Shown: in pieces, positions 32,343 through 46,491 of the stretch | How positions within the stretch are numbered: the stretch's first letter is position 1 | Layout: each line of letters opens with the position of its first letter | Assembly (NCBI GenBank): GCA_013115145.1 | Contig: JAAPAO010000010.1 | Coordinates: 1 to 64,000, forward strand | Length of the DNA: 64,000 nt | Direction: 5' to 3' | Origin: Perkinsus chesapeaki ATCC PRA-425 | Taxonomy: Eukaryota > Protista > Perkinsozoa | Made by a program: the position numbers and the translations under genes | Notes under the pieces: model-generated | Told to the model about the DNA's origin: nothing | Seen by the model: only the letters and a program-made list of their open reading frames with translations | Database searches by the model: none

Positions 32343-35300
32343 TCAGAGAGCTCTTGGCACAAATCGACCAGTCTTCTCATTGTTCTTTATGATCTCCATA
32401 TCTATGGTACCACGAATGAATCTGAAAAGATCATCCAGTAAATATTTTACTGAACCAAACCGCCGCTTACGCAGTTTTAAGTTGATCATACCGTCGTTTA
32501 GAGAGCGTCAAGTCAGCCAAGTTCCGTCTAAGATAACTATCGGTTTCGCCATGTGAGTCTTCATATGGGCCATCCCATATGCAGTTCCTTGGTGCAGCAA
32601 TGGCGAGTACCTGCCACGAAACAGACATATGGTACCAAACAGGCCGAAGAGTAACAAGGCTGGAAAAGTATCTTCGGTCGAGCGGGTGTCTTTATTTGGC
32701 AGTTAGTAAAAAGAATGGACAGTACGCTCGGACTTACGACAGATGCATAGGGAATTATGAATAAGCCTTGGCCTCCACCGCACGATCGTGCATGACGCGT
32801 GCACTCTCCTTCGGTCTGGGATGGTATCCGACAGCAATCACCATCCAAACAAAGTACCTTAAAGTAGGGTAATAGCCAAATACTAGTAGTACGCAATAAT
32901 ATGGTACTGGGTAATAGGGTGCAGGTAAAAAAGGGTGCTATAGGCGAATGGTGCTATTAAGTGAATTAAGTTCTATCTTGGCCTATTCTATCTTACATCT
33001 CCGCACAGTAGGCATACAACAGGGTCCAATGGAGAGGATTTACAGTTTTTGCATATGCGTGGAAGAGTACGATGTAGCAGATCCAAAATACCTGACAGGC
33101 ACAGAATCCTTGCGGCACATCGGTGAACTCTTTGAACAGCGAATGGCAGCACCGTTCAGAGTTCTTACAGCTGTTTACTTTGCGGAAGGTCGATAAAAGT
33201 AACCATCTCCGAAGAGAACATCGGCCTTGGTCGGGTCTGTAGGGTGGGAACGGCGGCAAGCTCTACGCTCATTGAAGCAAGAGGATCAGGTATATCCAAT
33301 ATACTCACGATAGTACACCATGCTTCCTTGGGATCGCCTAAACCTGAGCACATGGAAGACGATACAACAGGGGAGGAATCTGATGTGAAGTCTACGATCA
33401 TCGTGATACGATGAATGGCTCGGTTAACTATAGGCAGGTGACGCGATACTCGGAGTAGCTCACCTGCGAAGCGCAAGCGGTTGAGGTCTGCCTCCTCAAG
33501 GGCATTAAGTGACGCAACTGCCCAACACACCATCATGCCCACTTCCGTCAGATGGTCCAATGCCGCTTCTGTGAAGAGCAGCCAACATCGACAGCTTAAC
33601 ACTCAACTGTACCACCCTACCGTCATCTTTCCCGGAGGACTTGAGATCTTTCCATAATCGCCCAAATTCTGCCGATAACTGGCTCTGAGACATCCTGCGT
33701 CCGACCACCATTGCTAGCAACTGTAAGATGTGGATTATCAATAAGCCGCTGCTGTTCAACGGGCTACTTTCATCTCGTTGTTGCTTCCCTGAGGATCGCT
33801 CCCGCTGGTCATGATCTCCGCAGCCAACGACCGAAGGAGTATGGCAAAGGTAGGAACTTGATGTTGCGGTTCAGAACCTGTGATTAATAATAAAGTGAAG
33901 ACTGACATGACATGTGCACTTACATGCGCATTCTACCACAGCTGACGGCATGGTATTCATTACAGCTAACAAATGACCATACCTGTGGGGTGAGCTGAGG
34001 AGCGGTGATAGAAAGACGAGCAACCTACGCAAAGTTGAGCAGCAATTCCGCTCTAGTCTGGGCTTTGTCGGACCCCTGAAGGCCTTGTATAGCGGGGCTT
34101 GAATTCCCGTCGGCAGCTGCCTGGTTGTTCTTCGACTCCCATACACTGAAGGACTCACCAGTGAGCGTGTGATATGACCCATGGCACCCTTACGCTTTAA
34201 CGAGGTTATTCATCTCGCATGTCGCCATCGCTCTCGCCACTCGATCAGGGCTGATAGAATCACGATTCCATGGCATGTACCACTTGGCATCGGGTGTAGT
34301 AAGGACACTGAGCTTGGTGTAGGGAATGCAGAGATTAGCCAGGGACCGGCCTGACACAAGATACGGTTTTCCAGCCCGACGCCGCGTGGCTTGCCGTACA
34401 CATTGGGCAGGGTGCCTCGCCTTTCTCGACATCGACAAAGAAGAAGTCATGGTGGCCCTCGTGACGCATCCGTATGGCTGATCTATGCTTGCTCCAGCAC
34501 TTGGAATGTACCTTTAATAATACACATCAACTATCGGAAGTGGTGAATGAGACTGAGATGTATGCTGCCAATGTCTGCAAAGCGCCTGCCTAATGGCGGT
34601 TAACCGTTCTCTGGGTAATAAGATGGCTGATAACCTTCATTTCACTTGAGCTAACTTTCATACATCAAAAGTAGTTATCCACAAAACCCTAAGGCCTTAG
34701 AGACCCATACAACAACACAACCTTCTGGTTCATCACACGACATGTCCTTGGTGACACATAGCTTACCATATGTCCACAGCTGTTGATATAAGCACCAATA
34801 CCATTACCGTCTACTCCAGGACCAGCCACTCTACCACGTCCAAGCTGAGGTGATCGATCATAGTACCATATACGTGACAATACTCCTTACATCAGCCACC
34901 ACACAGAGCGGTCCTGTTCGCTGCAAGTTCTCAATGGTATCAGATTCCCGACAAAGCGCACACTCCTGCTCAGATTCGGGAGCTCCCTTCTCCAGCTTCA
35001 TCGCCTCTGCTAGGACATCCTTGGTCACCCAAATTGGCATGCAGCTTACGCTCTGTCTCCGCCGATGTTGTCGATTTCGTGGCCTGTGGCCGTCCGCCAA
35101 AGATCCGCTTGATGAAGCCTTTATTTTCCTCTTGGACAACAGCTGATCCCGCTGGCTTCATCGACTCCAAGAATGCCACTTGTCTTTTCCGCATAACCTT
35201 CATTATTTTCTTTTGTCGCTTCTTTGCACTCTCTAGACGTCGTTGCCGTGACGATGCCCCTGGCCTGCAATAGCACAGCTGCTAAGCATCGAATGAACGC

Positions 35301-38300
35301 ACCGCCTACCTAAGATCGTTCTCCGCAGTTACCCGTCCGAGAGCTGAGGTGCTGCTGCTTTTCGTGGCACTTCGACGGCCCAACGCAGACTTCACCGTTC
35401 GACCGAGAATAGGAAGGATTTCGTCCAAGTGAGACAACTCCTGGAGCGTCTGAAAGGACACAATCCAGTGCGCTGTGAATGCCTACTAACGTACCGATCG
35501 CATCAGCTGGGCCCAGTTAGTCTGTCCGGTATTCTCCAAACGTATGTTATCTTCCTTTAATCGGAAGATGCCACCAGGATGGAAATAGACGTCGATCCTA
35601 TCAACACCGGATGCTACACAAGCTTATAAGCACACAGCTTACCTGCCACTCTTGCCGTAGCCAAGGACTAAGCCCTTACGATCATTGAGCTCATTCTTAA
35701 CATGTAAATCATGAGCTGTGGCCACCTGAGAGGTCAGCGAAGTCAGAGCCTTTAGTAGCGAGTCCAACAGCTTACTGCACCGAGGCCATGGTAGTCTTGA
35801 AGGACCGAAGACTGTGTCACACTCACTGGTGGGATGCATTGCGCCTGAATAGCAGAGATAGCAAAAAGTAGGCAGAGCTCCGAGCTCACCAGCAGGTCTG
35901 CTAGGCGAATTGCAACTCCGATTGTCCAGTCCAACGCTGACAGCTTGGCTGATGACATTGCCTGTTCGGTCTTCGTGGATGCCTGATCTCAGTTTTGGCG
36001 TGGAAAAATCGGTATGATTTACATGCAGTTCAAACGTTCTCGCTTTGACCAGCACGAATATGAGCTCGTAGATATCAAACGAGCCAGACGGCTGGTCGGG
36101 AGAAACAAGAACCAACTGAGATTCAACTGAATTCACAGGCCGCTCAAAATTCCCCCCCGTACAGAATCAACGATGACCGCTGTCAGCTTATCCAACATAG
36201 ACGGAAGAGAACTTATCTCATCAGCTGGTCCAATGACTCCAACCTGATAACACCATATCGGACTCGACAGCCTCGAGTCCGCTTGCCTACCTCTGGTTTC
36301 GATAGGGCGTGTTCCATAGCAGCCTCACGTTGCTTTGAGTTGCCAAATGCAAGGCAATAAGCATCATAATATGACCAACTATCGGCCTTCATGCTGTACC
36401 TATCACACCAACACCTCATCATCATCCAAGCGAATACGATAGCTTCCCAGTCCCTCTCGAACACACTCAGTCACACACAATCTGTCTATAGGCTCCCAAC
36501 TATCGCCTTGGTTACACGGCACGACTGGAACCTTCCTGTTGTTCATGGTCATCCAAGTTGGATTCCTCTCCCACTATGTCCTCGGAACGTATCCGCTCCC
36601 TTGCTGAGCTACTTCGCCTATTGCTTGTGCCAACCTTCTGGGCTGAAAGTTAAACCAAACTATTCTACTAGCACTGTTATAGAGCATTAACCTAGCATAT
36701 CCAACTCCGATGAAATAATAGATTCGCAGGATCGAAGGGGACCGGGAAGGTACATCGTCAACTGACCGAACGTCATGTTCTTGTAAGCCAGAACCTGCCA
36801 ACACCTTCTGATATTCGCTCACTAAAAAGCATCAGCCTCACCTGCACTATTGCTCGCTTCGCCAGATAGGAGGCTTCGGCGTACTGTCGGGAACCTTCTG
36901 GAGGCCCATGGTTCCTTAATGAGAATTGCTTAAGATGAACCACGCAATGACGCTACTTCTTTTCATGTGAATGCCCAAATACTTGTTTCATAGTTATCCA
37001 ATAAGGATTGGATACTGAATTAAGCAGGAGCTCGAGGAGGACCGAAATGTAGCAGCGCTCTACTCTGGGGTCCATCGACGAGGAGTCACCGGATAAGAGC
37101 AAACTTGACCTGGTAAAGTGGAAATGCTAATCGAGATGCATATTCCCCTTCCATGAGTTTGGCTAAGCACATGCTAAGGAGCCCGATCAACAAAAGGAGA
37201 AGGCGCTATAGTGAATCCTACTAGATATGATCACTTACCTGACGATCCTCATCCACAATGTTCGCATACAAAGTGCATCCTGGAAGCAACTGGCTTCCAT
37301 ATACTGCCAGACCGAGGTACCGGGAGGAGGAGGAGTCGGCAGGACTTGGAGACTGACAAAGAATTATGGTAAGCTATAGCGGCGAAGAGATTGAATATGT
37401 GGCCGAGAACTGGTAGAACATTTACAGCATTGGTATAATTACTGCTATAACATTTTTGCCGTGAACCACGATGTAGAATCCCTTGATGTGTGGCTACGAC
37501 GAACCTGTTTGGACTTCCATCCGGCCTCCTCTGACGCCGCCACTGAATCTCTTCTAGTTCACTCGAAGATATCGGCCTATCTTGCATAACAGATGCCATA
37601 AGGACAGCCAATGGCTGAACCCTCCCAGTGGACTCCCTCCTATAGTGCTCTCTAAGGAGGATCAGACACACTTGTACCTGAAATGGTATAACAATTCCCA
37701 CAAGGACAGCGAAACAGCGAAACGCAAGCTGGCAGTACTGCTTCTCACCGTGGCCTCATCGGAGTTCTTGAGCCCCATATTGAAATACTCGCTCCGCTGT
37801 TGCATCATAACACCGCCATTTCGCACCCAGAGATTGCTGTGAATCTCTCCTAAGGAATATGTAACCATCAGCCAACAGCACAGCTACACAGTAACTCACC
37901 AGATAGTGTTAGAACCCCGACGACTTGCTTTAATATAATAAGCAACGCTTCAATGGGGAACACCTCGAGCCACGTTAACATATCCTCCTCCGAAGTAGAA
38001 AGCAAGAGATCGAAGTTGATGCAGGAAGTCAGAAGTCTGAAGGTGAATAAGTAATTAACAAGGGAAGAGTCTTATGGAAATGTCAGGGAAGATCAACTGT
38101 AGGGTAGTGCAAGTACGCCAAGACATAATGAAAAGCTAGTATACGTATAAGTAGCATATCTAGATACCACCGAACTGCATAAAGCAAATGTCTACGGAAT
38201 GTCGGGGAAAAGTTCAAGCGTACACTATCTGAGCTAGAAATGTTTAGCCGTGTTATAAGAAAGAGCAAAAAGCCCAGAATGTGTAATTTGTTTCGTCTAG

Positions 38301-41300
38301 CTCGATGGTCGAATTCCAAGCTCCGAAATATCCTACTAATGAAGCTCAACCACATCATCGCCCAGACGCCTGCATTATTGCGGAGCAATTATAATGAGAA
38401 AAGATTCTTCAAGTCCTTGATAGAGCACATACTATGCTGCCGTTCAATTTGGATTCCAAATTGAACGGCAGCATTCGATAGCCGCCATGGACATGTGGCG
38501 GCTATCATGCTGCCACATGTCCATCATGTGGCAGACAAGGGATTCGCCTCATTGGTTTACTATCCTCTCAAAACAGGGTTAATTTTGGAGCCCTACTTCT
38601 GACATTACTAAAACCCCAACTACGTCCTACCGTACAGATTAGCTGCGGCTTACCTTATAAGAGGTAGATGGAAAGACTTGCTCATCGCCGTTGCCGCTGG
38701 TGGTGATTCTCTATACCTCGCCATTATAGCTCCCACCAACTCCTCATAGAACCCCATAAGGGACTCCAGACTCCTATCTGGAGCAGAGCAATAGGAGCCC
38801 AAACTCCGTAGTGTTGAAGCTATGCCTCCTTCAAGCTTAAACGCTGTTCGCCAAGCCCTAACAGTAACAGACCCCTGGCGCGAGCAGTGAGCTTCCCAAT
38901 TTTCATGAGATCAATGAAGGCATGTTGCTGGGGTTCAGTACTACGCCTTATATTGCAACACGCTCGTAAGGGTGGTGGTGAAGCTTATCAATAATGTGGC
39001 ATAAAGTGGTCGAAGGAGGAAATTGAGTGCGCAGCGCAAGCAACTAACCATCATCATTCACACCGTCATCGAAATAAGAAAACGCCTGGATTGAAAGGAC
39101 AACACCATATTCCACCTCTACAGTTTCATTTATAGATCATTGTTATTGCTTCTCAGTTGTTAACATACGAAGTATTTCTTACTTATTCTCATAAGGCACA
39201 TGCTCATGTAAAGCCCTCATCTGCGGGTTCATCCAGCTCAGCATCGACACACTAGACAACAACTGTCGTTGCATCTCTGGACTACTCAGAAACATCTCGC
39301 AGATTTGAGGATGATAAAGAACCTAATAAAGCCACCTCCAACTCAACCATCAATCATCAGCACTCACATAGCTGATATCGTGCGTGACTCGCCAAATAGT
39401 CATGTCCAGTTCTCGAGGACCAGAGCCCATCAACACCGACAAATCCAGGGTAAGGTTCTGGTTGTCGTATATTCCGCCGAACAAGGAATGCAAACGAGCA
39501 AATAGAACCTAACGAAAGTAACTAGCTGAATGACGCCGACACGGTTATCTCCACAGGCACCTCCAGTAGATTCCCCTGCCCCGTGGGTATCGATCCAGGC
39601 TTCATAAGAGCCACACAAATCTCGGGGATAGTCAGTAGTTGTACGGACATCCCAGCAATATCAGCCGGTGGGGCCTCTTCATCCTCCTGGACACTTTGAG
39701 CACTAGAGCTCGATGCCCCAGATGCTTGATACTGCTCAGCGTTGAAGCTGAATAGAGAATAGATAATCCGCGGCGAGTGACTACGTTGTGTCTACCTTGA
39801 TATCTGGTCGTAATGGCTCATGAAGACTTTCGTGAATTGGAGCTTGAAAGTTGGAGACAATTGTGACATCGTGAGCATAAAGTCGTTAACAGCCTGTAAA
39901 ACCTAAGCACATCAGTATTGACGTATCCTTCCTGATTGAGCCCGCAGTTTCCAGCTCGTCACATACGAATCATGCCTAGGTGTGGTAGGTGCAGTGATAG
40001 GTGAACACAATGGGTTCCCTGTTCCCCCACGCTCACAGGCCACCTCAGAATAGCATTGCAATATCGATCGTGATGAAGTCATATTACAACACGCCAAATC
40101 GCATTCAATATTCCGTTAATACTATCAGTTTAAACAGATACATCTATACATGTATGCTCTATGAATGCCGAGCGGGAACCCTACCCGCTTGAAAGGATTC
40201 ATAGCGAATGAATCTCGTTGTTGTGACAGCAGATCCTCCATGGTCCTCATGAGAATGGCACCGTCGACTTCTTGCCGAAGCTCCCCGTCTCCCCCTTCAT
40301 TCTCTCCGTTATTGGACGTCGTCTCTAAAATATGGTGCATGAAATTGAACCCGGAACGTTCGAATGACAAGACCGAACCCTACCCTGTTCGCCTGTATCC
40401 TGTCCACCATTCTCTTCATCACCATTGGCCCCTCTTGCTGTCATTGCAGCAGCAGCCGCCGCCTCCAACGCCGCAGCAACTCTCTCATCTCCTGCATCCG
40501 GGAGCATCGCCAGGAAGTCTAAAACACATTATAGCTCCCTGGACAGCGCCGAGTCACAATCGCTAAAGTGAGGGATGTTGAGAGAGCCCGATATTAAAGT
40601 GCGATAATAGGACCAGATGTTACGATTCGCCCCGTAGTGCTGCTATATATATAGCAATACTAGTGGGGCAATAGTAGTTGGTCGCTCCTCTATAATCACA
40701 TTATTCAATCATCAATCAACGACTCGATACATTTACTCCCGGAAATTATTAGATTTCTTGTCCTTCCTCCACCTTCCCTCCTATAATTGTCGGTGACAGA
40801 GCTAGGGCCCAGATAAGACTACAATGCAGCAGCAGCAGCCTTATCTCACTGCCATGTTACCATATACCAGAGCCGCGTTGAGAAATATTACAAGCAACGA
40901 GTGCAAAATATACTCTATCATGTCTAACACTTACCATCCATATCTTCAAAGCCATCAATCCCCTCTTCCATATCCTCATCATCATCATCGTCATCATCAC
41001 CAAATCTCAATGCAGCCAATGGGAGTCCGGGCTCAGCAGCTTCCGATGTGACCTGAAGAAACAACGACATGCGACTGCAGAGCGATGGTGATCCAAACAA
41101 TTACAACGCACATTCGATTCTTATCAACTGCGTCTTCTAAGAAATCTTAAAAAATTAGATATCACCTTTCAGGCTTTATTACGCGCTCAACATATTGCGA
41201 GTATAGCTGTTATTGATGATGATGATGTACACACGAGATTTCACCAGTGAACTACTCGCAATCGTACTAGATACATCCGAAAGGTAACTCCCCGATTGCG

Positions 41301-44080
41301 CGCGACAGATTCTCATCAACTATGGTTTCTTTATATTGTGCCATTTGCACAATTTGTGTATGACCGAAGATGACCATCCGAATGGCCTGAAGAAGCCCTT
41401 CCCATGGCTCTTTACAGGGGCACCATAAGAATAGTGTATTTGAAGATATCACCTCATCATCTCAAATCTTATTACTTGTTTGAATTCCTCCCCAACTTTT
41501 CGTACTAACCTTTCTGTAGCCATCCCATTAAAGGCCACTATCATGTCGTTCAGGAGACCTACCAACAACAACACCACCAATGCCTTACACTTCCGCCATG
41601 ATACTCCTCCCTCTTACTAGCACCCGCTCCTCGAGATGGAATAGGCCTTGAAAACCTCTCAGTGATGAAGTAACGAAAGCCAAGGGATGCCTGCATCACA
41701 ATAATGAACAAGACTATAATACTAAGTAAGGAGCTAAACACTGACGAACACCAGAAACTTTCTGGCAGAAAGCACTCATAAAGTGAATGTACTTCACAAA
41801 CTATACACAATTAAAATGTACCCTACAAACTATACATAATTAAAATGTACCCTAAAAACTATACATAATTAAAATGTACCCTAAAAACTATACATAATTA
41901 AAATGTACCCTAAAAACTATACATAATCAAAATGTACCCTAAAAACTATACATAATTAAAATTTGTTTATGCATTTATAACACCTAATCCCATTTGAAGC
42001 TCCCCTCTCTTCCCTCCTGACACCCTGTTTGATAGAAGTATTACCTTAGCTTGATCAAGCAGCCATGATATGATCCCTTTAACAACCATAACATCAATTG
42101 GACGCCTCTGTAGTAGACGAACAAGATACTTCAATACTGCTGGGACACAGGTCTCCCTAAAAGTGAATAACATATCTTAAAAGGGAATATGACACGGTAG
42201 AAACGTCTGTATACGGTAACCGTATTACGGTTTTGCCCCAGTTTGCATGAGAACCTAGAAGATGTGAAGCATGGGTAAGTTCAAGATATCTCTAATCGAA
42301 GGTACAAATTCATGTTACGAAACCCGAAAATGCCTTTCGGCATCGTCTCGGCTAAGAAACGACGAGCCCGATAATGGAGTCACATACCATGCTTCCGAAA
42401 TCTAATACCTAATACTGTGACCCACTGCTTCCCAGGGCAACAGTGGGCAACAAGGTAACTTGCCCTCATGACCGCCTAGGATGGCATCTAAAAGCTCCTA
42501 CCGCTACTAAGGCTGAGAGACTATCGCCGAGTCTGTATGTGGCTACCCCCATCTACTTTATTACACTCTTTTTTGTTGTTCCAGTGGCATTCCCTCAAAG
42601 GCAGCTCTACTGTCATCCTCTTTAGCCAGCCCCTGCTAACATTAATAACGCAGACACCTCGAAGGTCTTACCTGATGCTTCGAACAGAATCCACTTTTCC
42701 TCCAACTGGCTTCATCGCCACAATCACAACATCCTCCCACAGTCCCTAAACCAGCGGCATGCTTCGAGCTTGGATACGCTCGACTGGTACTTATCAACTT
42801 AATATGATGACCTTCATGATTACCACCATAAAAGCAATCGGGACAGACAACACAATTAGAATCCAGCTCGCAGTCCAGACATCTGAATGCTATGCCACCA
42901 GTACCTGAGCAGGACATGAGCCTGGGCATTCTCGCACACAGGTCTATTCCACAGTCACCATTCAACTAACAACTTATACAAGACTATTCAAATGCCTAAC
43001 AGAAAACAGGATTCGGTGGAATCCTAATGAGAGGGCAATATCCCATCCTTCCCATTCACTACCCCACGTAACAGGACATACCCCCACCATAGGGTCGGTG
43101 GCCGACTCTGCTGGCGATGGACCTGGACCGAATACCTATCAACAAACACAAGGATTCATCCAGCAACACAGAAAGGGTTCCGAAAATCAGGTACATATAA
43201 CAAAAGCCCTGAGTAGCGGAAGATACTTCAGTGAAGTATAACCTACCACCTCCCCTAGCTCTACCAACACCATCGGCGTTTCTTTGTTACCCTTTATCAG
43301 CTGCATTATAATATTCACGGAATGGATATTAGAAGATGCTTTGGAAGATATGATATGAAGATGCTATGGAAGATATGATATGAAGATGCTTTGGAAGATA
43401 TGATATGAAGATGCTCGGAAGATATGATATGAAGATGCTCGGAAGTTTCATTACACACACAAATCAAGTTACAAAATACCGTCTAAGACGTTACCCTTTC
43501 GTTATGAAAATGCGAGCACGTGGAGGTCTCAATACTTACCAAACGATTAAGCGTTCGTATTGCTGCCGAGACGTCTCTAGTAGATCCTGTAACCAGCCCT
43601 GGTACAGCTTCTTCAACCTTCAACACGGCAGCCTAATACATATAGTAGCATGAGCCACTGGAATGAGGCCTTGTCAGCTACCCTCGAGTTCCGCTTTATC
43701 GACCCGCTCCGAGCTCTGGGTGAGGTAGTCGAAGCTAATAAAACAAAACATCAACAATAACGACAATCAAAAGCCTCGATCTTCCTACTACAACACTCAC
43801 AATAAGTCTACTATACACTATATAAGTTGAAGCATTCGTCACCCTTTCCCTACGATCGGCCCTATTACATTTCCTAGTCGTCCCCTTAACAGGCGATACT
43901 CCTCCTCCATTGCTCTCACTAAATAGACGATTAACATCATCAATTGACAGTGGTCTGATGCCACCACCACCATTACGACTGCCAATTCTAGGACGCTGAG
44001 CCTGATGACCAGACAGCAAAGGTATGAGCACCTGTATAACCCACAACACCTAGGAGGCAGCATCTCGCCGCTCCTCATTC
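32343..44080 (-). CDS. UBR1: UBR1/PRT6-type N-recognin E3 ubiquitin ligase, many exons
   Basis: UBR box CPVTWGTGGIAFRCLDC..CVVCPDCF..GNHEGH...GGCCDCGD..SW..SGFCSKH; SFHLPLIR; split RING ECALCRE...SCGHMVHSKC...GEAPCPMC; C-terminal GECTRHARSCGGGQGLF and DSHGETDSYLRRN. The 5' end beyond about 43740 is approximate. Confidence 0.88.
38434..38534. repeat. Chain of overlapping inverted repeats (20, 19, 13 and 10 bp arms)
   Basis: Perfect 20-bp arms at 38434-38453 and 38455-38474 with a 1-nt spacer, followed by further overlapping inverted repeats. Confidence 0.95.
41797..41962 (+). repeat. 29-bp AT-rich minisatellite (AAAACTATACATAATTAAAATGTACCCTA), about 5.6 copies, in a UBR1 intron
   Basis: Directly visible tandem units. 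Confidence 0.95.
43332..43445 (+). repeat. 25/24-bp minisatellite (GAAGATGCTTTGGAAGATATGATAT), about 4.6 copies, intronic
   Basis: Directly visible tandem units. Confidence 0.95.
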
Positions 44081-44519
44081 AACGAATTACATTAGTAACC
44101 CTTCCGCCTATATACTACCGTTATAATCTACGCCTCGTCCCCAACCCGAATTCCATCCAGATTAAGGCCTTACTTAAGTCCTCACAAGGCCCGTACGAGG
44201 CACCACTGTATTTATACAACTAGTGTTAAGATTCGCAGTGTTTGGTTCCCGTATATCAAGGTTCCTCTAGAGCCAACCCTTAGTGGTTCTCTATAGCCAA
44301 CCCTATCACCTGTCGCTCCTGTCCATCTTGGTTGACTTCTCCGGGATCCATACAAAACACAAATAACCCGGGTTACGATAACTTTGATACATCGTTTGTT
44401 CAGGTTTCTTTGATACTATCAATAACGCAAGCCTTCAGATTTGGAAACAAAAACGAGCACTACTGCCGACAATCGCTGGTCACCACAAAACTACACCAGG
44501 ATTTCATACCACACTTCTC

Positions 44520-45096
44520 TCAATTCTTAGCTGCCTCCTTGCTCTTCTCGGCTGCAGCAGCCAACCTGAAACGGACGTATTAGATCGGCGTTTTAAGTGA
44601 GGCGTACTCTGCTTCCTTAGCAGCTTGCTTAGCAGCGGCAAAACCCTCAGGATAGATATTGCCAGAAGGCTTCATCAACGAAAAGTATACAGGATTGAAG
44701 TTGGCTATGTCGCTATCGAATACCTGAGACAGCGAGGTAACCTCGGTAGAATCTTTCTAAGATTCGGACCTCTGGGTTGCGTTTCATTAGAGGGACGAAT
44801 GCCTCACGTGTGAGCAGTTGAGTTTGGCAATCGAATTTCTCCCAGGCATGCTGCAAACTGAAGTTGGTGTACCGCGTAGCTTGAGCTAGCTCTCGCGCAG
44901 CACCTAAAATACATCCAACTGGCACCGCGGTCTCTAACCCGAAGTTATCTGTATCTTGCACGCTTGACCTCAAGATACCTTTCTGTTAGTAGCGCAGAAA
45001 ATAACCCGACTTCGCTAATCCATACAAGAGCTTACCCCTATGTTTGCTGAGGGCCCTATACCAGCGAAAGGCGTTCGCAACTTCCTTGCTACTCAT
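44520..45096 (-). CDS. Small multi-exon hypothetical protein, about 150 aa
   Basis: MSSKEVANAFRWYRALSKHR...QHAWEKFDCQTQLL...NPEVFDSDIANFNPVYFSLMK...AAAKQAAKEAE..KEAAKN*, joined by GT-AG introns; the first acceptor is ambiguous. Confidence 0.65.
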
Positions 45097-45653
45097 GCTG
45101 CTTCTTGTAGAGGCACCACAGTCTTCACCACAACAAACATCTTTTTAATATCGCGCGCGCCCAGATGATCGATTTGATGCGCAGTACCGTTCTGGCACTC
45201 TCCTGTCATTATTGCCGTAATGATTCCAAATAATTGTCGTACACTACACTCTTTGAACACTGTTCGAGGGTTAAAGGTTCTCCCTCATAATATGGGAACG
45301 GAAGATGCTGATATTCAATAGCAAAATTTCCTACTTGAACAACTAGCCGACCAAAACGTGTCGAACGTGCGCACACTCTTGCCAAACCACCACAGTTCTC
45401 TTTTACCCTTATATTCTTGATCTTTAGATTGCCCAGATTTATATTGTTATCATACCAGTGTTATGTTGCACTCTCTATTCTATTTGTTTTCACTAGCCTA
45501 GAGTGCTTCAATGTCTACTACTGTCTTCTATGATCCCCACTCGATAGCTCCAAATGGTATGTCTGTGTGTTGTGGAGCCTGGAGCCCTCCCCAACGTGTC
45601 TGCTGTTAGCTTCTGTACGCCTTGAGACTGTTATTTCTAGTTGATTGTTTTCC

Positions 45654-46032
45654 ATGAACTACATCGGATTGTTGGCATTTGTTACAGCGCTGTTGAAAAG
45701 TACAGCTGTACCTGCCGATGCTGCTGCGCCGTATGAACGACGTCGAATGAATCAATTCGGCGAGCAGTTCCGTGAGTTCGACTTGGATAGGAACGGTGAG
45801 TCCCCACTTGCCCATTTCGCACACCCTCTTAATCTAGCCTTATCTTAGGTGTGGTTGATGCCCAAGAGATCCGAAGCGCTCTTGGCGTCATGCCTACCAG
45901 ATTTGTTGATATGTTTCTTAAAAGAGTAGATGTAGATCAGGACGGAACCAGTAAGTCAAATAGGATTTTTTTCATACCGTATTTCCTTCAGTTTCTCGTG
46001 ACGAGTACCTCGAATACGCCCTATCAGACTAG
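45654..46032 (+). CDS. Secreted two-EF-hand protein 1 (type A)
   Basis: Signal peptide; loops DLDRNGVVDAQE and DVDQDGTISRDE; two introns. Confidence 0.9.
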
Positions 46033-46491
46033 ACGTGGAAAGGTCCACGGTCTCTCTATATTGTCATTGTTTTCTAGTATCATTACATCTCTCATAAACC
46101 GGGTTTCTGATCCCTATGTTATTTGCGTGCAACAAGTGTCCATAACAGGTCAAATGAGACGCGACGTCGCTGTGTCGTAGTCAATCGCCGGTGTCTCGTT
46201 TCAAAGATTCCCTCGTTCCACTACACTGCGTTGGTCTTCCACTGAACAATCATCACTTGCATTTAGTGTTCGTCTAATGAAGTAGGTCACTAATATGAAT
46301 ATTGTATCTCTCGTAATGGTTCTAGTCGTCGGGATTGGTCCATCCAAAGAATCTGGTGGGTTTAAGAATAGTTCGGCGTCCTCTTTTTTTATTTTCACCA
46401 GTTTAAGGAATGGTAATACGAGCACTTAATAGCGTTGCTGGGTGGTGTTATGTCATCTGCTCGTCGTAGTTTTTTATCAACGTTTTCTGTA

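Noticed and set aside
34689-34745. VVLLYGSLRP, resembling the ArsH/FMN-reductase motif
   Set aside because: It is intron read-through after the UBR RING exon SCGHM (GTAAGC donor); the next exon continues VHSKC.
40824-41051. His/Gln-rich plus-strand ORF
   Set aside because: It is the antisense of an Asp/Glu-rich UBR1 exon ((GAT)n codons).
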